From contig OX597814.1 in assembly GCA_951406725.2 (NCBI GenBank), positions 171,864,001 through 171,928,000 of the forward strand: a stretch of 64,000 nt of DNA. Direction: 5' to 3'. A model generated the notes under the pieces. The model saw nothing but the letters and a program-made list of their open reading frames with translations, did not search any database and was not told the origin of the DNA. Of this stretch, positions 14,024 to 27,269 are shown one piece after another (position 1 is the stretch's first letter; the number at the start of each line of letters is the position of its first letter). This DNA comes from Octopus vulgaris (lineage: Eukaryota). The translations under genes were made by a program, and so were the position numbers.

Positions 14024-14482
14024 TATAACAATCCGTGTGCGAATAACAAAGGCGACGAGGCAATGGATTGGGTCACAAATACTAAACAGATGAAAAAAAT
14101 ATGCTTGAAGTTAATAGATAGCCATCATCTGCCCAAGAGCAACTCTTTAGAAACGTTTTCTGAATTTGCTACTCTTGAGAAACAGTAGAGCTGATGCAAT
14201 TTGCAAGGCCGTCCGTATCGATGACAAATTCAAGTCCTCCTTAGGTAAATGCTTATCAAACAAAGAAGAATTCCATAAAACCATTGGCTAATATCGCAGC
14301 TCACACTGATCTCCCTGTTCAGTGCAACTTTTAACTAATGTATCCATTTATTTGGCTACAGATAAAACATTCTTGATCAAAAAATTCTGAGTTATTCTTC
14401 GTAAAACTCAATTTTCAACTCCATTCTCTTCGCACATCAACAACAATATGCTCGCTCATACCATCTAATACAAACTTCAGTT

Positions 14483-14871
14483 GAGGCGCAATGGCCCAAA
14501 GGTTAGGGCAACGGACTCGCGGTCATAGGATCGCGGTTTCGATTCCCAGACCGGGCGTTGTGAGTGTTTATTGAGCGAAAACACCTAAAAGCTCCACGAG
14601 GCTCCGGCAGGGGATGGTGGTGATCCCTGCTGTACTCTTTCACCACAACTTTCTCTCACTCTTACTTCCTGTTTCTGTTGTACCTGTATTTCAAAGGGCC
14701 GGCCTTGTCACTCTCTGTGTCACGCTGAATATCCCCGAGAACTACGTTAAGGGTGCACGTGTCTGTGGAGTGCTCAGCCACTTACACGTTAATTTCACGA
14801 GTAGGCTGTTCCGTTGATTCGGATCAACCGGAACCCTCATCGTCGTAACCGACGGAGTGCTTCCAAGGTCC
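14483..14871 (+). mobile_element. SINE-C, full-length tRNA-derived SINE
   Basis: A box tggcccaaagg and B box ggtttcgattcc; duplication aatacaaacttca at 14467 and 14872. Related copies at 35450-35770(-), 53393-53520(-) and 15560-15900(-). Confidence 0.85.
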
Positions 14872-15132
14872 AATACAAACTTCAAACTATAAAAACCCAG
14901 ACGTGGTTTCCTGTTCTCTTCGCTCTTTAGAAGAGATCATTTTCATCCAAGATGTTTCTATTATCTTTAATCGTTTCAGAATTGCATTGTCCTGCCTTAT
15001 TGGATTTTGTATTCGGGAAAACTTAAATTAAACACGTGTATATTTGTGTATACATGTATCTCTAATGTGAAGATGCAATATAATATTCATATTTGTGTGT
15101 GTGTGTGTGTGTTTGTGTGTGTGTGAGTTTGT

Positions 15133-15165
<33 letters not shown>

Positions 15166-15217
15166 TGTGTGAGTGTTTTTTTGTGTATGAAGTAGCTTAG
15201 GGAATCTTAGTGAATCA

Positions 15218-15447
15218 AGGCGGCGAGCTGGCAGAATCGTTGGCACGCCGGGCGAATTGTTTATCAGTATTTCGTCTGCCGCTACGTTCTGAGTTCAAAT
15301 TCCGCCGAGGTCGACTTTGCCTTTCATCCTTTCGGGGTCGATTAAATAAGTACCAGTTACGTACTGGGGTCTATATAATCGACTTAATCTGTTTTTCTGT
15401 CGTTGTTTGTCCTCTCTGTGTTTAGCCCCTTGTGGGTAGTAAAGAAA
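15218..15447 (+). mobile_element. SINE-A, young Tx1-tail subfamily
   Basis: Full length; imperfect duplication gaagtag(c/t)ttag(g/t)gaatct on both sides. Confidence 0.9.
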
Positions 15448-16284
15448 GAGAAGTAGTTTAGTGAATCTCTGTCGTTTAGCGATTTGGGTTCTATTACTTA
15501 ATTGTCTTAATTATCTGCTCATGAATTAAGGTATACGTTATGGAGTGTGTCGCAGAAACGCGTACCCATTACGTAACTTTTAGGCAGAATCAGCGGAACA
15601 CTGTGTGACAAGACTGTACCATTTGAATTACAAGTACAATCAATCCAGCGATTTACTTGTATACAGTTCCTGTCTTTACAGTTTTATTCGCAAGATATAG
15701 ATCGATCCGAGGCTATGGTTCGTTGACCGACATTACCCTGTAAGGAGCATAGAACCGACTTTCGGGGTTCTCTGGCGTGTATATATTCCTCTCCGGATGG
15801 GACGTCTGTACGACGCTGGATTAGTCATTTTTACCAGCTGAATGGATTGGAACATAAAACATAAAAAGTATTTTACATAAGAACAAAACTACACAGCTAC
15901 TCTACCCAGATTACAAGTTTAGGTTTATACCTGTAATTATTGGGGCACTGGAATGTGTGACACACTGCCTAAATAACAATCTTGAGAAATTAGGCCTCTC
16001 ATAATCAAAAGGTAGAAAGCTGATTCGAAGGCTACAGAACCGAGCCATCACTGCAACTATACAAAACTGTAAAACTACCCAGAATTTTATCATTTAAATA
16101 TGTATGAGTATGTCGAGACATGAGAATGCATATATAAAACAAAACATACAAATCTGCATATATACATACATTCATACCCTGTTGATTATAATTGAAATTC
16201 CAATGAAGGACCCTTGGATCTAGGTTAGAAATCGGCTCCTTCCCTATTGGAAGGAAATCTTGAAATAAAACTGAATGACATAGC

Positions 16285-16350
<66 letters not shown>

Positions 16351-16378
16351 AATAGATAGATAGATAGTTAGATAGATA

Positions 16379-16562
16379 AGTTTCTTTATTGGCCACACAG
16401 GGCTGCACACAGATGGGACAAGTTACAAGGTAGAGCTTTTCTTACGGGGGATGGAAAAGACAAAAAAACAAAAGAAAAAAAAAGGGGTGGCGTAGGTTTT
16501 CGATCAAGAGGGATCGTAAAAGGGAAGAAAAGAACAAAAAAAAAAAAAAAAATAAAAAATAA
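16379..16562 (-). mobile_element. 3'-terminal fragment of the Tx1/L1-like LINE, inside (GATA)n
   Basis: Homologous to 49233-49400 (tttctttatt(g/a)gccacacagggctgcacacagat...acaaggtagagcttttctt...tttcgatcaa(g/a)agggatcgtaaaagg); gatagata on both sides. Confidence 0.85.
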
Positions 16563-16637
<75 letters not shown>

Positions 16638-17193
16638 TACATACATACATACATACATACATACATACATACATACATACATACATACATACATACATAC
16701 ATACGACACATATGTATACATGAAGTAATATATTAAACGACATTTTAGTCTCCGCGAAAGCAATTTTATACAGCGCAGTAAAGTATCCATGAAATTCTTG
16801 TTCATGAATTGTATATATTCATAACAAATCTGTGGTCTCTAAACATCCTGTCATATCCGACCACCCTCGCGACCCACCGCTCTACCTTTTCTCTATATAC
16901 AACTGTTATTTGTCGAGGCATAAATCGTATTTTTCTGTTATTGTTATTGTTTTTGCTGTTGTTATTCCAGCCCGCCAAATAGTCAACCGTCACCGTTACC
17001 GTTACCCTGGAAAATAAAAGAAAGCACTGTAGTTACAATCATTACCTTGACAACAACAAATCCTAATGATATTAATGTATACTTGGCTCAGGCGTGGCTG
17101 CGTGGTAAGAAGCTTGCTTCCCAGCAACATGATCCGGGGTTCAGTCCCACTGCCTGGCACCTTGGACAAGTGCCTTCTGCTATAATCTCAGGC

Positions 17194-17224
<31 letters not shown>

Positions 17225-17227
<3 letters not shown>

Positions 17228-17351
17228 GGTTTCCCCAAAAAATGTATACACACCTTAAATAATTGTAAATTTGTTATTCTTTGTAAGCCTAGTACTTATT
17301 CTATCGTTCTCTTTTGCCGAACCACTATGTGTATACATTTTTTGGGACACC

Positions 17352-17354
<3 letters not shown>
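17225..17354. mobile_element. Tc1/mariner-type MITE in (TA)n
   Basis: TIRs cagggtttccccaaaaatgtatacac and gtgtatacattttttgggacaccctg; TA flanks. Confidence 0.75.
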
Positions 17355-17398
<44 letters not shown>

Positions 17399-17647
17399 TA
17401 TATGTATATATGTATGTATATATTATGTATGTACATACGAAAGAAAGTCAAAAATTATCCCCACTTTCACCATAGCATATCTTTATTATTGTGACATTGC
17501 CTTTTACACATGCGTGCTTATAGCTGGTACTCTTGTGGTCACGTGATCGAAGTTTAAGCGTGATTGCGCCATTTTTCTTTCTGGCTTGACAGAGTAAGCA
17601 TAGCCGCTCCACTAGCAATGTGTCCTAATGATTCGTAACAAATGTTA

Positions 17648-18285
17648 AGGTGGTGAGCTGGCAGAATCGTTAGCATACCGGACAAAATGCTTAGTGGCAT
17701 TTCGTCCGTTTTTACGATCTAAGTTCGAATTCTGCTCAGGTCGACTTTGCTTTCCATTCTTTCGGGGGGGGGGGTCCATAAAATAAGTATCAGTTGAGCA
17801 CTGGGAACGATATAATCAACTTACCCATACCCCAAAATTGCTGACCTTGTGCCAAAACTTGAAATCAATATATCTTAAGGTGGCGAACTGGCAGAATCGT
17901 TAGCACTCCGAGCAAACTACTTAGCGCCATTTCGTCCGTTTTTTATAATCTTAGTTCAAATTTCCTTCCTTCCTTCCTTCTTTCCTTCTTTCTTTCTTTT
18001 TCCTTCTTTCCTTCTTTCTTTCTCTCTTTCTGCCTTCCTTCGTTCCTATCGTTCTTTCCTTCTTTCCTTCTTTCCTTCTTTCCTTCTTTCCTTCTTTCCT
18101 TCTTTCTTTCTCTCTTTCTGCCTTCCTTCTTTCCTTCTTTCTTTCCTTCTTTCTTCCTTCCTTCCTATCGTTCTTTCCTTCTTTCCTTCTTTCTTTCTCT
18201 CTTTCTGCCTTCCTTCTTTTCTTCTTTCTTTCTTTCCTTCTTTCTTTCTTTCCTTCTTTCTTCCTTCCTTCTTTCCTTCTTTCCT

Positions 18286-18333
<48 letters not shown>

Positions 18334-18900
18334 TCCTTCTTTCTTTCTACCTTCCTTCCTTCACTCTTTCTTCCTTTCTTCACTCTTCCTTCCTTCCTTC
18401 CTTCCTTCCTTCCTTCCTTCCTTCCTTCCTTCCTTCCTTCCTTCCTTCCTTCCTTCCTTCATTCATTCATTCATTCATTCCCTCTTTACTTCCTTATTTC
18501 TTTCCTTCTTTCTTTCTGGGTCGATGAAATAAGTACCACCTAAGCATTGGAATCAATGTAATCGACTTACCCCTCCCCCAAAATTCTGCCACGGTCGACT
18601 TTGCCTTTCATCCTTCCGAGGAATCGATAAAATGCGTACCAGTTGAACACTGGAGTCGATATAATGAATTTATTCCACCCCAACACGAACCTGCTGGCCT
18701 TGTGCCAACATTTGAAACCAATTTGCATGCAATATATGCCCAAGTTCAGAAATTTGGGTCGAAGGAATCAGTCGATTTTATTGGCCCTAACATTTGGCAA
18801 GTAGTTTTATCATCGACCGCGGAAGAACCAATTGTGAGTTGATCTTGGCACAATTTGAACTCATGCAGCTTAACGAAATACTGTAATGCTTACAAAGGCA
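17648..18900. mobile_element. Cluster of four older SINE-A copies, one split by a long pyrimidine microsatellite
   Basis: Copies at about 17648-17870(+), 17878-17962 with 18518-18585(+), 18582-18722(+) and 18745-18900(-). Confidence 0.7.
17962..18517. repeat. (CTTT)n/(CCTT)n polypyrimidine microsatellite
   Basis: Directly visible. Confidence 0.95.
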
Positions 18901-18953
18901 GACAGACACCTTATCGTTTCGGCAACTCCACAGACCTGACAATGCTAATAAAT

Positions 18954-19178
18954 ATTTCTTTATTGCCCACAAGGGCTAAACATAGAGGGGAGAAACAAGG
19001 ACAGACAAAAGGATTAAGTCGATTATATCGACCCCAGTGCGTAACTGGTATTTCATTTATCGACCCCGAAAGGATGAAAGGCAAAGTCGATCTCGGCGGA
19101 ATTTGAACTCAGAACGTAACTGCAGACGAAATACCGCTAAGCATTTCGCCCGGCGCGCTAATATTTCTACCAGCTCGC
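18954..19178 (-). mobile_element. SINE-A, young Tx1-tail subfamily
   Basis: Near full length; gctaataa(a)tat on both sides. Confidence 0.9.
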
Positions 19179-19204
19179 TAATAATATAAGTATCAGTGAT
19201 ACAG

Positions 19205-19256
<52 letters not shown>

Positions 19257-20089
19257 GTGTGTGTGTGTGTGTGTGACAGAGAAGTCGAGATATAAGAGAG
19301 AAAAAGGTAATTACAAATAGTTAAAATATAAGGTAACCTAGTAATGCATTATTGCCTTCGCCACCCTTACTCTTCCTAAAACTCCACATACGCTAAACAA
19401 ACACCTACATACAAACTGACACATAAGCACACACACAGGCACACTTACGCACAGAAATAGATAAACGAACGCACTAAGCAACCACACCAATACAAACACA
19501 CCACAGCCACCGCAACCACCACAAACGCAAAACCGTCGCTACGAACCATCATCGTCTGCTCCGCCGTACCACACAAGCGTCTGGGGCGAAAATGTCAGTG
19601 CCGCTGTTTGTTTATGCTGTCAGTGATATGTTTGTTAATCGTTTCGAATTTATGTTCAATCTGTGAACAGGTCAGGGATAGGTCTCGGCTACGTCTGTCT
19701 ATATTCGTGGAACCTTCAGGAAGCCAAGGTAAATAAAGGAGGAAAAGGAGGAGGAGGAGGAATGGGAATAAGAGGAGGGATACGAGGAGGAGGAGGGAGA
19801 TAGGAAGAGAGAGTGAATAACGTACGTACTTTCACATCACAACGTGTGTGTATGCTTTGTGCACTCGCCCGTTTATGTGTGTGTGTGTGGGTATGTGAGT
19901 CTGTGTGTAATGTGTGTGCGTGCGCTTATATGTATGTGTGCATGAATGCGTTATGTGTGCGTGTATGTCAACACTTAGGATACATCTGTTTCTAAATTAT
20001 GTATGTGTCTATGTACGTATGTATGTATGTACGTACGTATGTATGTATGTATGTATGTATGTATGTATGTATGTATGTATGTATGTATC

Positions 20090-20128
<39 letters not shown>

Positions 20129-20209
20129 CTTTCTATCTATCTAGCTATCAATTTATCTATGTAAATGTGTGCGCGCACGTATATAATACACACACACTTA
20201 CACACACAG

Positions 20210-20260
<51 letters not shown>

Positions 20261-20339
20261 CTATTTTCTCCGATTCTTTGACTGTTTCTCTCATTTTCTC
20301 TTTTCAGTTTGCGTTTCTTTTTATCAGGAAAAATATTGC

Positions 20340-20810
20340 CCTGCACTTAGCGCGTTGGATTCATGTTCCATAGGTCGAGTGTTCGATCTCAGGTCACTCT
20401 AGCCCACTCAGATGAAAACAAGCACTCACGATAGCGAGTGGGCTGTAGGTAGTAGACCTGTAATGACCGGTCGTTTCATTCTCACTTGTATGATTAAAGC
20501 TACAAATTTAGCTGTTTTTTTTCTTGCTGTCTCTTTAGGAATATGGATTTACTAGAGAAGATTCCTAGTCCACTCGCTCCTGCCCCTTTTAGTCACCTCT
20601 TACGCCACGCAGGGAATACAGCGACTGCATTCTACCGATCTCACCCAACCCCGATCGCAGGAGGGTTTGCTAGTTAACCCATAGCTGGGACCCTTACAGG
20701 TGCTGCCACTCCGGGCCGGAGTAGACCTGGGAACAATAGTGGCTAAGAAGTGATTCCACACTCCTCAAACTCTGAAACCGGGGCCCAGGGTCCACTATAG
20801 TATCACCAGG
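20340..20810. mobile_element. Degenerate SINE/LINE-derived fragments (unclassified)
   Basis: B-box-like gtgttcgatctc; tagtcacctcttacgccacgcaggg and gggacccttacaggtgctgccactccggg resemble, from memory, invertebrate retroposon motifs. Confidence 0.35.
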
Positions 20811-21844
20811 TATACGTTTATTATCGCATTCATATTTATTGATTTGGTTACGTGTTGTAATCACTTACAGTTGATAGATTTTACTGATTGATCTTTTGTG
20901 ATCAGAAATATCCATAAAGGTGTTATAACCGCACTTTAGTGAAGAGAGGGAATGGAAGATTTGGCATTCAGGTTTCTGTCATTTATTGTGCAATAGACAT
21001 TACTATAAGATGGAAATATGCAAGCTAAATGAATTGCAGGTTCCGCTTACGTAGATGTAACAGCTATGTAATACATGGTGTACGCTACAGACACACGTAC
21101 AAAACCATCGAACGCGCATACACATACACAAACACATCTAAGCATGAACAAAGGACTCTCGTACTCACCCAGACATGTGTGCGTACGTATACACAGACAC
21201 TTGTGCATACGTACAATTTATAGCCATGAAACTTCTGTATTAAATTTATCCAGAAGTTACTACGTATTTATTTCACTACCAGGATGGAGGTGGCGTTCTT
21301 GTTTAATCCCCTAGCCACAGAGTTTTAGAGCTTTACACGACTGTACTATCTGATATGCTTTTAGCATATTATCCTCTATATTTTTGTTCAGAGATGTCTA
21401 GTAAATATATATTTGAACGAAAATATACGTTCACTGTACTCTGAAGTATCTATCACTTATTTCTAACCCGAAATACTTCGTTCATAAGGTTATTCCTGTT
21501 GTCTATCATTAACTTTCAGTAACTATAATTCCTATCAGTAAATTCATATTGTATTTATTCTTCCTTTTATGCAAATTCAAAATAGAGGATTAAAAAAATG
21601 ATATTTTTTGTATGGAAATTGAAAAAAATAATGTGTATGTTAAGAGGTTGAGACCGACTGTACGATGTTATTTGCGATTGTTTTGGTTATTATTTTTATC
21701 AAGAGAAACGACAACACAGAGGCTCGTTCATTAAGCTGAAGTTTTGTTTAATTGTATTATGGCTGTAATGTAATGGTGACAATGTCACTGCAACAAATTT
21801 CTGTTGGTGATAATAATGGCTTTCATAATCATCATCATTATAAT

Positions 21845-21988
21845 GGTTTCAAATTTTGGGCACAAGGCCAATAATTTCGATGGAGGGTTTAAATTGATTA
21901 CATCGACCCCAGTACTCAACAGTACTCAACTGGTACTTATTTTATCGGCCCCGAAAGGATGAAAGGGTACTGTCGACCTCGGTGGAAT
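21845..21988 (-). mobile_element. SINE-A 3' part, old-type tail
   Basis: Reverse complement of the SINE-A body and ...ggccttgtgcccaaaatttgaaacc. Confidence 0.75.
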
Positions 21989-22264
21989 CATCGTAATAAT
22001 AACCATTTTAGATTAAATGCTGTAATGTATTCCTTTAAAAATTTAGTTGAAGCAAAATACCTTTCATAATAAGCCAGCCACTCAAATGGACAATGACACT
22101 CACGTGAGACTGGTAAAATTCCTGTAGTCATAACAATATTTAGAAAAGCTACATTGTAGAGGTTCTTTGGGGCACGCAAACACCACATCAGTTTCACTTG
22201 AAACAGAAAATTCTTCAATGAAACAATGCCAGATGTATAATGCTGGGGGTGGAAAGAAAACAAA

Positions 22265-22663
22265 TTCTTTTCTACGGGTTTCAGTCATTGAACTGCGGCG
22301 ATGTTGGGGCACCCACTGAAGGGTTTATCCAAATAAATCGATCTTAGTACTTATTTTTTAAGGCCTGGTACTTATTCTCTCGATCTTTGTAGTCTAACTC
22401 GTAAGTTACGGGAACATAACGAAACGAACAATAAACAAGACAAACACTAACACACTTATAAATACACACACATACGCACATGCACACGCACACGCACACA
22501 TACACGGCTGGTTTCTTTCAGTTTCCATCCACCACAGCCACTCGTAAAGCTTTGGACAGGCTGGGGTTATAGTAGAAGGCACTTGCCCAATGTGCTATCC
22601 TGTGTGAGTGAATCCGGAATCAGACAGTTGAGGAACAAAGTTCTTACCACGCAACCACACCTG
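22265..22663 (-). mobile_element. SINE-B, diverged near full-length copy
   Basis: Collinear with 61362-61762. Confidence 0.75.
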
Positions 22664-24830
22664 AGCATAGAACTAACAAACGCTCAAAGAAAAAACAAAA
22701 TGCTAGACACACAAATGGCACCTAAAGAATCTCAAAATTATAATGTCCAAACAAAGAGTATCTTAAAGAATTTCTTGAATCAGAGCATTCCATTTCACAA
22801 TGTAAAGCACCGCAAAGAGTAGATGACGTCAGCAAAATGGAAAATGAAGTGAACGGTCACTATAACTGTGTGTGTAGTATTATGATTGATTGATTTTAGT
22901 TTCAGCTCATGAGCTGTGGCCATGCTGGGGCACCGCCATTTTGAAAAGATATTGTTGAAAAGATATTTATAATATTAGTGAATTCAATGATAGCTAATTA
23001 ATCATTCGGTGTTGTCAGTGCAAGCGCTGTTCTGTCAACTAGAAGTACGAGGTTACCTCTGTCCAACATATTATGCACTAAAAATAGCTCTAAGCTACTA
23101 GTCTCTCTCTGTGGACAGAATACTAGTAACCTATCCTTTGCAAAAGTTTAACAAAACCACAAACTAATCAGATCGTTATATTTTCCTGTATACAAAGAAC
23201 TGAAATTTGTAAAGTAATCATTTTGCTTTTTTGCAGCTTTATTTATCGAAAAGGTATGACGTACAATATTTTTAGCTAGGTATTTTTTTTAATAATCGCA
23301 ATTTGTTAGAAAGAGCAACAAGGGTTACAACATAAACATAAAGGTGTTTTTTTTTTTTTCATTAGATCAGTGTAAGCACAAACGCACAAACACACTCACA
23401 ACTTATACGTGTGCACATGTGTGTGTGTGTCTGTTTGTGTATGCGTTTTGAACAAACGAATGCATAGGTGTATGAAAGAGCATTCAAATGTTTATGTGTC
23501 AGTGCGTGTGTATGAATTCATCAGTGAATCTTTATACAACACTTTGATTTACGACTGGGAATCTTTAGCAGACCCGGAAAACCGCTGATATCGGTCCAAG
23601 GTGTGCTGAGAAGCTGTCAAATTTTCTATACTAACCACACAGTAAATTTAGAAACATTGATGAAAGAGCAATAACACACGGAATTGTAAAAGAAAATTAA
23701 GGAAGGTGTGCCATATATTAAAGATATTGTCTTATATGGTGGAGAAAGTCTTCGAATAAAAGTCAATAAAAATATAAACAATATCAAAATCAATTGATGT
23801 AGTTGTTTTTCATAGAAATAATTCATTTACGATTTTCAGCTAAATGTTATTTTTTTCTTTCTTTTTCTTTTTTTTTTTTTATATTCCTCAGTTACTAAAT
23901 TCTACGATTTATTCTCTGAATATAATTTATCTGAAGCAAAGTTCGACTGTACCCTATCTGAAGAAAAATCGTGTGTCCCCTTTATATGTTGATATAGTAG
24001 AGTCAGTTGTACCCTACATTCGCGAAGAAACTGTAAAACAGTTCAGCTGTACCTTACGTATTCAAATTAGCAGTGTCATTTTCTTCTACCTTACATTATG
24101 AAAGTGTAATGTCAGCTGCACTTTATAACATTAGAATGGTTAAGTTTGTTTGACTTTTTTACTTCCCGTACATCACATATTGGAATTAACAGATTCAACA
24201 GTTCTTTTCTATATTATTGTTTGTTGTAGTTAGTTTCTTTTTACTAAACAGTAAAGAAAAGGAAAACGGAAATATATAGTTATCTAATTACATTACCAAG
24301 TATACTATTGTTGCTGCTGCTTAACTCCAGGTCAGGCCTGGTCAAGCGGAGCTATGATCAATAGCATTGCGGCTTTGATCAATCTATATATCAGGAATGT
24401 CATTGTCAAATCTATCCTTTATTTAAGACACTAGAATGTAATTTGAAAGAGATTTGGTTGTTATTTCTAGCATATCAAATAACCCGCGTACAGGCTCCTT
24501 CGATTGTTCATTTCCAAGGGTGTTAGTGACACAAGTTATGTGAAGTGGCTTAGTCTGGAAACTGAAACCGCGTAAAAGCCACAAATCTTATCTTCTGTGT
24601 TTCATACATGAAATTCTTAGATGATAATATTATCCAGTTTATAACAATGTGGAATGGGTCTTTGGCACAACCAGAATTTTAAAAACTGGGCTTCACCTTT
24701 TGTTTGATCCGAGTTAATGTTTAGAACTTGTAGAGTTTTATGAATTTTTCCTGTTTGACTAGGCACAAAAGCCAATATTTTTTTTTTTTTTTTTGTGGGA
24801 GAGAGTAAGACTAAAATATTATGACGTTTA

Positions 24831-25245
24831 AGGCGGCGAGCTGGTAGAATCGTTAGCACGCCGGGCGAAATGCTTTGTGGTATTTCGTCCGCCGCTGCGT
24901 TCTGAGTTCAAATTCCGCCGAGGTCGACTTTGCCTTTCATCCTTTCGGGGTCGATTAAATAAGTACCAGTTACGAAGTGCGGTCGATATAATCGACTTAA
25001 TCCGTTTGTCTGCACTTGTTTGTCCTCTCTGTGTTTAGCCCCTTGTGGATAGTAAAGAAATAGGTATTTCGTCTGTCGTTACGTTCTGAGTTCAAATTCC
25101 GCCGAGGTTAACTTTGCCTTTCATCCTTTCGGGGTCGATTAAATAAGTACCAGTTACGCACTGGGGTCGATGTAATCGACTTAGTCCCTTTGTCTGTCCT
25201 TGTTTGTCCTCTCTATGTTTTGTCCCTTGTGGGCAATAAAGAATT
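24831..25245 (+). mobile_element. SINE-A dimer (head-body-tail-body-tail)
   Basis: Junction aaagaaata|ggtatttcgtctg at about 25062; outer duplication aatattatgacgttta on both sides. Confidence 0.9.
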
Positions 25246-25727
25246 TAATATTATGACGTTTATGGGTTTCCTAAGTTTATCAAAAACGTTAGCGAAATTG
25301 AGACTGTCAGAAAATACAAAGAGAATCGACTGTAACGAATGAATGAATATGACATTTGCGGGTGAAGCAATGTGGTGTGACTAGCTGCGGCTGTGAATCG
25401 AAACCAAATGACATTCGGTAGGCCACGAAGTTACCACTTAATCCAAGATGCTATACACAAGCTATTTTATACAGGAAAAACTGTAATAGCTGCAAAAGCA
25501 CAAATCAACGGATTGTTAACGTATTAACGCTCAACTGAAGTGACAAGTATACGAATACTGATGTTTCTGTGTCCAAGACACTTAATACGAACAGGTCAAT
25601 CTTCTTAGCTTTAAATAAAAACCACGTAGGTAAACACAGCTCTAAATTTCAATGGGAAATTATCCTTTTGCTGTTAATGAATTCGGATCGATCGGAGCAT
25701 TGGTGTAACTTCAGAGGTGTATCTAGG

Positions 25728-25913
25728 CAGTGATCCGCAACCATTTTTCATTTGTGGTACATTTGTATTATTTTCAAAATTCGAAGGTACACCTGAACTA
25801 AAAATATAACTAAAAGTCCAAGGGAAAAAATTATATTCAGGTTATAATGCGGCACACCTAGCATCGTCTTGTGACACACCAATGTGCCGCGGCATACCGG
25901 TTGCGAAGCACTG
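25728..25913. mobile_element. hAT (Buster/Charlie-type) MITE
   Basis: TIRs cagtgatccgcaacc and ggttgcgaagcactg; atctag on both flanks. Confidence 0.7.
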
Positions 25914-26599
25914 ATCTAGAGCACTAGTTATCAAACAATCTACTACAGAATATCAGAAATACGATTCAAAGTTTTACAAAATTAACATTAATGTTTGGAG
26001 AGTTTTAAAAAGATGTGATATTCATAATTTTCACATATTTATCAAGGATTTCCTTAAGAAACACCGATATAGTTGAATGGACTACAAGTGCCATCTACGA
26101 TAAGCTTACTACAAGCAGAGTGGGGGAAAGCGGAAATTAAGGACCAATTTCCTCTCTCACCCTATATTTAGTAAACTAATCTTACATTGTCTTTCCAGAT
26201 TTTATTTACACAACAGTTAGAAGGGTCACCTTCTTCAATGCCCTTCCTTTATAACTATATCTCTTTTCAGTGTCTCACTTCCCCTAACAAATACTCTTTC
26301 TCTTTCTTCTCTCTCCTAGTTTCTAGTTTCTATTTTTTCTCTTCTTCCTTTCTGTTTTACTCTCACCTTTCATTAATATGTATAGAGAGGGCACTCGAGT
26401 TAAATTTGACAGTTTGTATACTTCAGAAATATAAAACTTAATGAATCATACATTTCTTCTTTATAATAAAGTATAAGTGCATTTCTTACCATCTTTTCGT
26501 CCCTTCCTTCATTCTCTCTATCTCTCTTCCTACCCCTGTAATGATTTCGTCATATTTCCATTTTCTTCTTATGTCTCCCTCCACAGCATCTGCCAATCA

Positions 26600-26905
26600 T
26601 TCTCACTCACTCACTTACTCATTCATTCACTCATTCACTCACACACTCACTCACTCACTCATTCATTCACTCACTCACTCACTCACTCACACACTCACTT
26701 ACTCACACGCTCACTCACTCACTCACACACTCACTCACTCACTCACTCACACACTCACTCACTCACTCACACACTCACTCACACACTCACTCACTCACTC
26801 ACTCACTCACTCACTCACTCACTCACTCAGTCAGTCAGTCACTCACTCACTCACTCACTCACACACTCACTCACTCACTCATTCACTCACTCACTTACTC
26901 ACTCT
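26600..26905. repeat. (CACT)n microsatellite
   Basis: Directly visible. Confidence 0.95.
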
Positions 26906-27269
26906 CTGGTCTCTCTACATCTTTACTTACGCAATAATATCTTATTAGACTATTACATTGACATATGTATTTAAATACTATACTCTTAATACACGTCGCC
27001 TTGCTTTTACAATTTTTTAATAATTATATAATATTCACCAGTAAATTAAAAAAATAAAAATGTCATTTCTTTTTAGTAAACAACCCTAAGAAACCTGGAC
27101 AAAACAACGGGGGAAAGTGACTATCGTTTTTGTACTGATATTGTTATCAATAACACTTCTTTATGTTCCAAATATTTCCCTTGTGTTTGTATATGCTGTG
27201 ATACACATTCACAGACATATATCACATGTTTAATAAATATCAACGAGTTCACGCATCTATTCGATTATA

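Noticed and set aside
14483-14555. Functional tRNA genes at SINE heads
   Set aside because: Followed by SINE bodies with TSDs; the cloverleaf is incomplete.
16195-16255. Hairpin with ccaatga...gaaa resembling a hammerhead
   Set aside because: Core deviates at two conserved positions and there is no clear NUH or helix III.
24831-25245. Repeated units as a CRISPR-like array
   Set aside because: Eukaryotic SINE multimers with TSDs; no constant-length repeat and unique spacer structure, and no cas genes.
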